This document shows, one piece after another, positions 1 to 11,802 of a stretch of DNA of 64,000 nt. Position 1 is the first letter of the stretch. Each line of letters opens with the position of its first letter. Where the stretch lies: NCBI RefSeq assembly GCF_964204865.1, contig NC_135260.1:10974001-11038000 (forward strand), read 5' to 3'. The notes beneath the pieces are model-generated. The model saw only the letters and a program-made list of their open reading frames with translations. It did no database searches and was not told where the DNA came from. The position numbers and the translations under genes were made by a program. The stretch comes from Styela clava. Taxonomy: Eukaryota.

Positions 1-737
1 CTATAAACGAAGTTCAAGTGATATTATGTCAATGTATATATATATGTATATATGTTACGTAATTATACATTAGAAATATTAATATCCAATGGTTTTAAGC
101 TATTGGATACATCAGAACTAACTTATCTTGTAGGCCTACTGAGTATCGTATAACATTGCACAGTGCGGCGAAAATGCAAAAAAAAAAATTTAGTTTGGCC
201 AATGGCCATACCTCCAACTGCTTTGGATGACTGGTAAGTTTAAGATATCACAATATTCGGTTCATGGAATACTTTCAAAGAATATCGACGTGGTACATCT
301 TTGTCGATTTCTACCATAGTGGCATATATATCTGTAGGAAACGTAAAAAGGGGACTTTGCGAATGAATGAATAGGAGGGAATATTACATAAATATAAAAT
401 TAATACAATCACAAATTCATATTTTTCAACCGAAATATAAAAATAAGTTGAAAGTTGAAACAGTTGCATTGATCGAAATGTATTTCTTGAAATTACACCA
501 TAATATTATCTGGAAGTAATTATGCAAATATATAAACATAATATCTTAGTTTAGTGCACGATCAGATAGTTAGTATGAATAAAATAAAAATCTCGTAATA
601 GACCTTATCATTTTGTGTTTATGGCATTTGAAAAGATGTTTTGCACTCTACATATATTATATGTAGGCTACTCGTATAAAAATGTATAAAAAAAATTTCA
701 AAATTTACTGCAATAAAAAAAAATTAGACTAATCAAT

Positions 738-2230
738 TCACAAATCTTGGTGAGTAACCTTTTGGTAGATTTTAGCTAGAATATCATCAGCTTGTTTGTC
801 GCTACTGATATCCAACAAAATTTGTTTCTGTTCGTCTCGAAGTGTATCGTACTTTTGTTTCACATGCGTTAGTATTTGAGTTCTGAAAATCAACCCAGAC
901 GCATTGCTCACTTCTAAATAATCATCGTCGTCAAATCTTTTGGCAGACTCGAGTGCTCCGTCGTCGTTTTTCCATGACTGCCAAATAAGGTTAAATTTTA
1001 TATTTTAACAAATCAATTTACTTTTTTTGAAGCCTCTGTTAATATATTCGGCAGAGTATCTATTTATTTGCGTCAAGCCTTCCACACCTCACATATATAT
1101 ATATATATATATATGAAAAATGGTATAAGATACTTAGGGCCAATACGACAATACCTCCATCACAAACTCCATTCTTGCCGCATGCATCAGTAATTGTTCA
1201 AATTCTTTGGGAAATTCACCTTGAGCGATCAGATGTGCGTTGTTCAAAATCAAATCAACCGCCTAAAACAATATACGATTTGTTATTTTTTTTTTCAACA
1301 TATGCGCGTAAAACAATGAACAAATTTTTTGTATATATACCGTATTTATGATATAAAATAAAACAATGTTATGATCTTTTTTTTTTATGATTTTATTTCG
1401 GTGTTTGGTTGTTATTAAACTTGATTGGCGAAACAGCCCACCGAAATTTAGCAAATGGTTTCGTAGTATTTTGTTTTATGTTGACCCACTGTTTCCTAGA
1501 CCGATTATATGCGATTTGAGAGAAAGCTTCTAATTTCAACTGATCCACAGAAACTGAGGGAGGAACACATTATTTTTGTCATGAGAAACTTACCGCTTTG
1601 TCCAGAGGATACAATACATTCCATACATAAGATCTCCAACAATGAATCATTTCCGCATCTTTTTTCCTTCTTGCCTCACTAAGATATTTCTTGAGCCCTT
1701 TATGGCTCTTCATGACGGCGCGGTAGCTTGTATCACTAACAAGCCGGTTACCATACAGTGGCCCATAGAGATCTTTTATCTATAAGTATTTATTTTCAAA
1801 TATCATTTTTTTTTATTTAAAAAATTGAGAGATTTTAACAGTTTTTTATATTTTCAGTGACACGGTTGTTACACCCAAAATTATACTTTTTCATTCCCTT
1901 TAAAAAAATTGCATTTATAACAATCAATATATATATATCATTATCTACCGTTAAATCAAAAACAGTAAATTGTAAAAACAGTAACATGTTTTACTTTACC
2001 TGACTTTGGATACGATTTAGCTTTATTTCTTTTTGTACTTGAATTCTCTCATATCTAGCGTTCAAAAAGAAAGACGTTACGGCGACGACGAAGGAACAAG
2101 CAACTTTCCATTCTGTGCTGATGTTCCACCAACGTCCATCCCTATGATGATCGTCTTGAAAAACGGTCGCCTCCAGCTTGGATCCCGAATTTTTTGCGTC
2201 AGCGATAAAGCGGATGTTTCCAACGTTCAT
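738..2230 (-). CDS. Uncharacterized ~254-aa protein, one hydrophobic N-terminal segment followed by an LYGPL-motif helical domain; exons 2230-2000, 1779-1594, 1262-1155, 977-738
   Basis: Four exons join in frame through canonical GT-AG phase-0 introns: ...KLNRIQSQ|IKDLYGPLYG...WRSYVWNVLYPLDKA|AVDLILNNAHLIAQGEFPKEFEQLLMHAARMEFVME|SWKNDDG...YDTLRDEQKQILL...QDL*. An alternative short last exon near 331-311 is possible. Confidence 0.8.
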
Positions 2231-4336
2231 GGACTGTTGAATTGAGTAAATGAATATTAATTAATGCTAGTTAAACCGTGAAAACCATATGGTGTCGTTG
2301 TCTAATAAATACAAAATACTTGACTACAGTTGTTTGTGGTAATTTACTATATATATACAAAATAAACGCTGCCGTGATACCTTAATAACTTGCGTTGGTG
2401 CAACCAGGTACTGGCTGGTAAACGACGTTTTCCATTGGAGAGCTATGAAACTCTTCTGCAAAATATTACCTCTCATCGTCAATGGTTATGGCACTACTAT
2501 TTCTTTTCAAAATACACACAATATCAACCAAAAGAACTCTACTTTGTTGAGTAACATAAATATAACAACCTCAACCTCCGTATACTGCTGGATAAATACC
2601 TGGAAGTGTTATAAAAAGCAACGTATATTCGATTTTGTGACAGCTGAACAGTTGTCATTGTTTTGTGTGAGTCACACCAGAAGAAAAGCTTTTCACGCCA
2701 TCGCAAAGTTGCAAGTCTTGCAACAAATGTTTATATTCTGAGCGTGATCATAGTTAAATTTCCGAGTTCACATACGTTCTATTATATGCATTGAGAATCT
2801 CAATTATAATTTTGATACTGAATACTGACGTGAAATTAGAATGCCGATTTTGGTTTGATGCTAGGTCAATACTTTATCTGTTGATTGAAGGAACAGGCAA
2901 CCCTACTTGAATGTTTCCCCCGAAAATTTGTGGTGAATTAGCTTGATCTAAAACTTACTGGCGTTTATAAATAAAGACTTCAGCACTGAACAACCATTCG
3001 AACATTATGCAACTATACTCTCAAAACTGTACTGTTTAGCTATTTTCACGCAGAACATGAAAACTCCATTGAGCAAAGAACATTTACCTACAGAACGCTT
3101 AAATCTAGCAGAAAGACATGATGGAAAAGTATATTCACAAATTAAATCAAAAACATTATTTCTGGCAGTCTTGGAACCAAAGCTATAGCCTTGTATTGTT
3201 TTTACAGTGACAAACAAAGTGGGCAAAACACATTCCTTTTGCGAGCACCATGAGATAAATAACTTTTTAGTGATGAGAAAGATACGAAAAAAACAGGTTA
3301 TAAATTTAAGAGAAACCATTTAGGCTTTTGGGCAAATTGGAATCAGCAAACCCGAATCAAAAATATTATTTTTTAAGTGATTTTGAAACAAGCAGCGCTA
3401 AAGAGAATTTTTGTATTTCGCTGATAGAGGGTAAATGTGGCTTTATGATTTGGTAGTCCACACTCTCTCACCCAGTTGCTATCCTTGTATCCCAGATGAG
3501 GAAATAGGTAACAAGTTAAGGAATTAGTCAGAGTCATTAAAAGTTGGTATCAACAGAAGTATCAATATATTTTGACACTGAAAAAATTGTTCAAAATTGA
3601 ATAGTGCAATATATCTTTGCGTGACTGTGACGCATATATGGATAATATGACTCCTCATAATTGATTCTTAACAAGTTTATGTAAATGAACTTTGACGAAA
3701 AATTTAATACTCATACTTAATGTGCAAAAATAAATCACGATTTTTCTTTCTTTTAGAAAGAACAATATATGAAAACCAGTGCAATAATAAAATTAAACAA
3801 TAAAATTATAGCATTCACGATTAATATAAGAACCTAGCATTTCACAAATGCATCTGAATGGACAGGGTGTGTAAGGTACTATACCCAAGATTGCAACATA
3901 AGGGATACTAAGAGTTGGAATTCGAAGCTATTTGGACAAACCATTTTCTGTACTTGAAATAAATATGATATTTTGACATGTTTTCAATAGGTGTAAATAA
4001 TGCCAATTCTAAAACAAGCGCACACAACTTGGGAGATACAAATGGTATCGTCCCTTTTTCACACATGTAAAGAAAAAGCATTGAATACTGTTGGAAAATG
4101 CAGTGTTGTAACGACCTTTCAAAATCTGGTGGCTGATGACCATAATCACTTTTAATTTAATATATCATAAATATACTGTTTGGTTTCGGAAAATACCAAA
4201 GAACTAACCCAAAAGTTCAGAACGAAAAAAAACTTATTATCAGGCCATAAATAAACATTTTTATAGATCTATGCTGAATGAGGTCCAAAGAAAATACATT
4301 GGCTTGTGCATGGCTCACTTATCGCAGCATATTTTC

Positions 4337-7300
4337 TCATTTCTCCCCCTGTTCTGTTTGTGATAATTGTGCTAAACTAAACTGTTGCAGTTGATTTCTA
4401 TTGTCTGAGGAAATACTAAACGGTACAACAACGAGTTCTTCCCGACCTCCATTTAAATTAGTCTGGTGAACGGTTTCACCACCACCCCCTTCTGTAATGG
4501 TAATAATATTATCACGGAAGCGTGGATCAATAGTAGTTTGTACGGAATCTCTTTTGGGAGCTTTTTTACCCCCCGGCATGTGTACTCTGACATGCTTATC
4601 TAAGTGCCATCTCGTTACAAAAGATTTATTGCAAACATTGCATGTGACCGCCTGTCCTGTATGTATTTTCTCATGTTGATCGAGGTACCATTTAGTAGCG
4701 AAATGTTTGTTACAAAACTTACAGCCATGAGGTTTTTGTTGCACAGCATTTTGTATTGGTGAAACTCGACTTTGCGTCGTCGGGGCTTGTTGTGGGGTTT
4801 GAGCTGAAGGCTGATGCTGTTGTTGGGGTGGTGGTGGCAGTGGCTGTGCCTGAGAAACAATATGTATTTGTGGCTGCTGCTGTTGTTGTTGTTGTGGTTG
4901 AGTAACGACGTGTATTTGGGGTGGCGGAAGTTGTGGGATTTGTCTCGACTGGATCTGGACCTGAACTTGTTGCGGTTGAATTTGTTGCTGAAGCTGTTGA
5001 CTCGTGATAATCTGCTGTTGGTTCGTAGTCCGATCCTGTTGTTGCACTGGGGTTTGTGGTTGAATTGGAATTGTGATCTGTGAAATGAAAAGCAATATCA
5101 GCAGGCGTGTCGGCTTAGGGGTTAAAGCGTTCAACTTAATTGTGATGGCATCGCGGGTTAAAATCCTAACATATCAGTGACTGCTTGTGCAGAGCTTTGT
5201 TTGAAGTGAATAGCATATGAAAATGTCATATAAAAAGTATTCCCATCAGATCACATTGAATTACCCTATCAAATGAAACTTTGATCCAGAACAGAAAAAA
5301 TTTTGTATAACTGGTGTTATACAGTTTTCCTCCAAACAAGGCAGACTGCCTAATACATAAACCCCTTTTTGGATGAAAAAGGACCTCCACAGTCCAGTAT
5401 GGCCTACCTAATTTATTACTCATCGTGTAGGATAAAGTAGGTAGAGTTCATACTGGTTTTGTACAATCTTTAACACTAGCATACAGCTGTATTTCGGTTC
5501 TCAAGATATATATTTATAAAACTAGCTTATTAACTAATAAGAATTAGATACATTATAAACTATTGCTAGTATTCACTCAACTTACATTATGAGTCGGTAG
5601 GGAGGCAAGCATGGTAGGCAAACTGACACCAGCTAATAATGTGGGTGTGATTGGGGCTTGGACTTGAAGTGACGCTGCTTGCAAGGATGAAGCGTTAATT
5701 GTCCCGTTTTGCAATTCCTCTCGTAATACTGGCGTAGGATCGCATTTTGTATCCATCTGCTTGTTACAGAACTTGCAAACGTGATAAGGAGCAATAAAAA
5801 CAACTTGTTGTGGTGTGATTTGAACTTGCTGTGGCTGCGTTTGTTGTTGTTGCTGCTGATGCTGTCAGTATAAAAAGAAGACATGATAGCAAAAGAGAAA
5901 ACTCATCAGTATACACAGGTTCCTGTTTTTTAGTTTTTTGGACCTTGATGTTTCTTTGATGGCGTTCAATTGAAATATTCACTCCTGTAGTGTGTGTACC
6001 AGGTTAGGGTTAGGCCATAATTTTATTCCAATTTTCCTTACTTTAGTTCTAATACGTTCGAGGACTCCAAGGACTGTCTGTGTTAGCCACAAGTGAATAT
6101 ACCCCTTGTCCATAAGTTTCAGTCCCGTCATACAACTTGATGTAAAGTAGGTGAAACAAAATTAGTTACCCCCTGGTACACACACTTCAGGAGCGCCGAA
6201 TAAGATATATAAATATAGTTCTCATCGGTCACTTGAAACTCTTTATCAGTGCCATTTCTCCTTTTAGTCAATGGATCGAGACCATACATTAAGCGAACCT
6301 TAGTGGAACACTAAACTTGAAATATGCAATTCCATGTACTTTTGATTCAATAGTTTATATTATAAGTTCTGGCACATAATAACAAAATTAAAATATCATA
6401 GTACTCATGTACACAGGTAACAAAAAGTCTGTTATTAATTACTTCCATACCTGTTGTTGCTGATGAACAATAGCTTGTTGTTGTTGTTGAGGTTGACTTT
6501 GTTGCTGCACGATCATCTGATGTTGATGGTGTTGGTGATTTTGCTGCTGTTGCTGTACTTCTTGCTACATGTGAGAGAGAATATGGAATTATATCACGAA
6601 TATAATTTCAACAGATCCTCCACTATTTTTAGGCAGCATTTACTCAATATACACAGCCCCCTGCCAAAATTTCTACATTTTTGTATAGAGTTGAAATCTA
6701 TTAGTTTAAACAACTTTTTTTTACAAAAAAAAGAGGTTTTTCAATATCAATAATATTAAAATAGAAAATTTCCTAACATCATCAATTTTGTTGATGAGGG
6801 TATTAAACGTCTTGTACCTGCTGCTGCTGTTGAAGTCGATGTTGTTGCTGCTGTTGTTGTTGTACCTGTTGCTGTTGTTGAATTTGTACCTGGATTCTTT
6901 GAATCTGAAATTTTAGTAAATAGTTGCAAAAGTGATCATGTCCATGCCTAGATCAATGTAGGATTAACAGATCAGATATCTGTGATTCAAGATGAAGTCG
7001 GACAGAAATAGATTCTATGGAGCCTATTTCCTAACCTGGAGTGTAGCGAATTGGGTCAATATGCCAACAGGAATGTTTTACTGTTTTTACCGTATTAGCC
7101 ATTTGCCAATGACCACTGTTGCAAATTACCACCATTGCACCGTTTTGATGACTACAATACCAAATGAATAAAATATTATGAAACATAAATTTCTGTGGGC
7201 CGAATAGTCACCTCCTTCAAAATTGAATTTTTAGTCACGAGTAATATTTCAGTTACACAAGCTTTGAATCAATAATATGAATTGGAAAATTTTTCTGGAG

Positions 7301-10027
7301 TACTTTTTTCAAATGACGAAATAAATTCTGAAATGATTTTAATTTTAATGTTAATTATCAATAAACCTGCTGTGTGACTTGCTGCTTTTGCTGCTGTTGT
7401 TGTTGCTGCTGCTGCTGTTGTTGTTGTTGTTGTCTATGTTGTTGCAGGGCAACCTGTCGTGCGAGTTGCTGCACTTGTTGTGTTTGTTGCTGCTGAATAG
7501 TTTGTTGTTGCTGTTGTTGGGAAACGATCGGTGGTTGTTGTTGCTGTGGGGGTTGTTGTTGCTGTGGAGGTTGTTGAATCTGTTGAACTGTGGTAATCTG
7601 TGATGAAACGAGCTGTGCAACAACAGTGGATTTCGTCTCAGTCGACGTCTGATTAGGACTCTGATTGAGTGGAGTTTGATTCATTATTGCTGGTTGATCA
7701 AGAGATGTCTGAGAGCTGATCCTCGTGCAAATTCGTTCATGTCGTATCGCGTTGTACTTTGTGCTGAAATAATTGCCGCAAAATCGGCAAAACCTGATAA
7801 ATACGAAATAGACGAGGATTTACTCATATGTGTCAACTAACTACTATATTGAGCTCTTTCAAGATTTGATTATCAAGTTAGTAAAAACAGTGAAAGAAAG
7901 AGGTGGAATTTAATTAGAGAGATGCTGAAATAATATTCAAATTAATAAACCAAGTCTTCTTCGCACTTCGGGTATGTTTATCTGAACAATCCAAGATGGC
8001 TTACAAAACTAAGACAGATTTGTTTACATTTTCAATTTAAAAACTAACACACAGACATATTAAGTAGATGACACCAGAGTTGTCAAATGCGTTGAATAAC
8101 TCGACACTCGAATAATTCGGTTGTCAATCAAAAAATTTGAGTCAAAAATTCTGCGGTACTCAAAGAGAAATTTGGAGCTTAAACACCAGAGCCGAGTGCT
8201 TGGTTCGGGTGACGTCACCTTATTCACCAGCAGCACTTCGAGTCAGAACGCCAGTAGACGTTTTAGTAATATTTCGGTTATTTTAAAATACGTAAGAACA
8301 TATTAAACAATTACCATTGTTTCTTATGGCAAAAAAAGGTTCGGTAGTCGAACAAGATATCACTGTGTATGTATCAGGTGGTCGAATCGGAAGCATATTG
8401 AAAATCATATAAAATATTTAAATAAAAAATTCTTCCTTGGAATTGTCGTGTGAATACAAAGGAACTTGAAGTTAACTAAGTGTGAAAAATTTATTCTAAA
8501 TCATATTATTCACCTTTCTGGTTTCCGAGGAGTATACTGCGGCTGAGAGGACTGAGGCAAAGCAACAACCATTAATGATGTCATTACTGGTTCATCAGTT
8601 GTGTGAAAAAGATTTTCATGTCGTATTGCATTCCATTTTGTGCTGAATTGCTTTCCACAATATTTACACATATGAATTTTCTTTCCCGTCCAACGAGGAG
8701 AAGAGTTTTCAACATATCCCGTTGTCATCTAAGATAATAAAAATGTAAATATTTCAAGCAAGTGTATGAGTTTCCTTTACTTTTGAATGATTGCACATGA
8801 CCTTGCTTCAAGCAAATTCTCCTAAAGAATCTATAAACATGTATAAGTGTTAATTATAAACATAGATTGGGTGTTGAGTTTCAATTGTCTAAACAACAGT
8901 GTCTACATATACTGAGATATGAAAACATGATTTAACCTGTAACTTAATAAGATAAAACGACGACAATTACAACATACTAGCAAGTAATATAAAAAGTTTC
9001 CCAGGGAAACATAAATTGTTTTTTAACATTCAAATCAATCAATTATTTGTTAACTCAAAATACTGTGAGATGGGAACAGATACAGCAAATAAATGTTCTG
9101 TTACGCTATTTGTCTGATAGGAGTTGCAAGGGTCTTGGAGCGATGACACCACCTGCTACAAATGTTTTTATTCGTTTTTTAAATGAAAATTTGGATTACG
9201 AGTAGTAAAAGTACTATTTAGTAATATATTTCTAATAACTATTAGTATAATACCCAGAAAACAAACTCAATTTACCTAGTACAATCACTCAACCAAACTC
9301 TGATGAATGTGAAATAACATCGATATTACTTTATTTTTCAATTACTCAAGATTTGAGAATCTCATAACCTCCACAAGTTGGAGTATGGCATGTTATTGAT
9401 ATTAGAATCACAGTTAAACCTTCCTTCAATCTGAAAGAAAGGCTGAAATTTTTGTCATCGCGGAGACAAAGTTGTTCTTTAAATATAAATGACCCAGAGC
9501 TCGAGAGCCGAAAGTAAATCATTCACCAATGCCACAATCCTAATTTGAAGCAAAGATTAGATTTCATAAATAGTATTATATTTCAAATGCTTGAAATTAT
9601 TATATAAGTTTTTAGGTGGGGAATTGTTTCTGACCTTGCATTTCTTTTTTAAATGTCTTGTCATCCCATCATGGGTTTGAAAATGTTTTCCACAATTGGG
9701 ACAAAGAATTGGTTCTGCATCTGGTTGATTTCCACCACTGCCAGGAGGTGCCATTTTGCAGCCTTTTTCGTGCCTTGTAACATTGTACCGAGATCCGAAA
9801 CTTTTAGAACAATATGTACAGTGATAAGTCTTTTTTCCATCCAAACCAATGACCGGTTCCCTTATTTCTACTGGTGAAACTTCTAGCCCAGATGTTGATG
9901 GCATTGTATTTAACGATTGTGCAGACACTGTAGTCGAACCAGGTGCTGGAAGAGTATGAACCAGAGTCATTGGATTACTTGCGGACACAACTGGAAACAT
10001 CCCTGGCTGGGTGCTCGTGGCAATCAT
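4337..10027 (-). CDS. Polyglutamine-rich C2H2/C2HC zinc-finger protein; coding exons 10027-9635, 8728-8514, 7793-7367, 6904-6818, 6564-6451, 5861-5586, 5077-4337
   Basis: Exons join in frame through GT-AG introns. Fingers: CTYC..RHEKGC, CPNC..RHLKKKC, CKYC..RHENLFH, CRFC..RHERIC, a degenerate CKFC, and a C-terminal pair CKFC..QHEKIH-TGQAVT-CNVC..KHVRVH. Long mixed CAA/CAG tracts. Confidence 0.88.
5982..6193. mobile_element. MITE of the CTCCTGAAG-TIR family (Merlin-like), in a zinc-finger gene intron
   Basis: Inverted termini CTCCTGTAGTGTGTGTACCA / TGGTACACACACTTCAGGAG, same terminal motif as 22985, 35726 and 37848. Confidence 0.7.
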
Positions 10028-11429
10028 TTTTGCTACCAGATTAAAGCATGTGGTGGTAATATCTGAAATTGAAATGCGAACATTTTGTGAATTCCAAAGT
10101 ATTAAATTGAAGAGTAAATTATTTTCATATTTCAGTGATATATGTGTATATATAATATTTCGATCAAGCAGGGCATGTTGTAATATATAAATTCACTGTG
10201 AATAAATCGTCGGATGAAGAAACTAAAGCTTACGAATTGTTTTAAATCGCAGGCTAATGTAATTTAACAAGCAAATAATTTTATGGACGTAATCAATTAA
10301 TGATCTTGAAACATTTTAATGTTCTAATAATTTTAATTCTTCAGTTGGTCATTTTTAATACCACAGGCATAAAATTGTTTAGTTTGAGAGTGTAAGTTGT
10401 TGAAAAACTTACCACACCACACCAGACAATACGGCCAGCCATATTGTCTATTCGAGTCTTAAAGCAAGAAGAAATTGAGTGCACGAATAGCATTACACAC
10501 GTTGTCAATTTTTTAAACTGGGACTTTTTAAAAATATATATGGACAGTTTCTCTTTAAAAAATGAAAGACAGGCAGCCCGATATTCCCAAATTTGAATTT
10601 CCCCTTTCTTTGGACGTATGACGAATAATATAATAGCCAGCAATGAATATCATAAGTATTTTTTTCGTTTGTTCGAATATATTTTCAGTCATAAAAAAAC
10701 AATTTTCATAATAACAATAATTGGTTCTATGCTTTAAGTTTATATATCATAGTATATATTGGGTAAATTTTCTGACATTACAGAGCGAGTGAGAATAGGA
10801 AAAAAAATTTCTTTCTATTTTGTGGGACAAATATTCAGCTGCATTGATCTAATGAGTAATTATTAATTCATTGTTTATATACCCAATTTATGTTTAATTG
10901 CTGGTTATAGCTATGAATTGTCAGGTAATTTTCTGAGAATAATTGAATCTTGGTAGGTGGGGAATTTTATCATCAGGTAATGCTGTAAACAAGTTGTATT
11001 AATTATATTGAGAGAATTGAAATTGTTGTGCTTGTGTTTTTTAATCTCACACTTTTTTCGTGATAGAACGATTAGCCTATCATGATATGAAGAGCAAAAC
11101 ATGTGGTGATGACTTTTTACCTTACGCATTTAAATTTTGACATGCTGCCTTCTCGTCTTTTTGTTCTTTTACCAAAAGATAAAGAAAGATAAAAGAGCAT
11201 ATCCTGTCACTGTTCAAATGGAGATAAATACACGCAAAACCTGATGAGTGATAAGAATGAGCGCGTCGCCGCAAAAAGAGAAAAACACGGCCTCGCCGCT
11301 CTGCTAACTTAACACATGCACAAAGATACTTGAATGTTCACAACTTTTACATCAATTAATTTGCCTATAGCGGCTACACTGTCATCCTTGTGCATAGAAA
11401 ATTATTTAATAAAACTTCTGCAATAATTT

Positions 11430-11700
11430 GAAACTACCTAAAATCCACTACTTTCGCACATATAAACACCAATTCCCACTCAAATCTCGCAACCTACAGA
11501 AAAGAAAGAGAGTGCGAAAAGGAGGCGCCCGGAGAAAAGATGGCGGTGCGAGAGATTTATGACGTAAAAAGCTGTCGTGAATCCGACGAAGAAAAAGGAG
11601 AGAATTCGATTTATTACGTCATAATATTGCAGTTGCACAAATGATAGATGACGTATTTTGAATCAAAGTGATAATTCTTTGAACATATTTTTCCTACCAT
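11430..11700. promoter_or_regulatory. Probable bidirectional promoter between the zinc-finger gene and the TINF2-like gene
   Basis: Locally CpG-rich. YY1-type AAGATGGCGG at ~11537-11546, three CRE-like TGACGT(A) motifs (~11560, 11614, 11649), and minus-strand splice donors at ~11437 and ~11125 consistent with 5' UTR exons. Confidence 0.5.
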
Positions 11701-11802
11701 TACTAGTTTTGAATCAGAGAAATTTTAAAAGTTTCACGATTACCTGATAAATCGGATGTCGGGGATTTTGCTTTGACCACTGGTGGCGATTGCCGGCAAT
11801 TT

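Noticed and set aside
2445-3323. Small plus-strand gene divergent from the 738-2230 gene
   Set aside because: No consistent exon chain or recognisable protein could be assembled
4814-7603. Plus-strand poly-Leu ORFs (4814, 6454, 7379)
   Set aside because: Antisense shadows of the CAA/CAG polyQ exons
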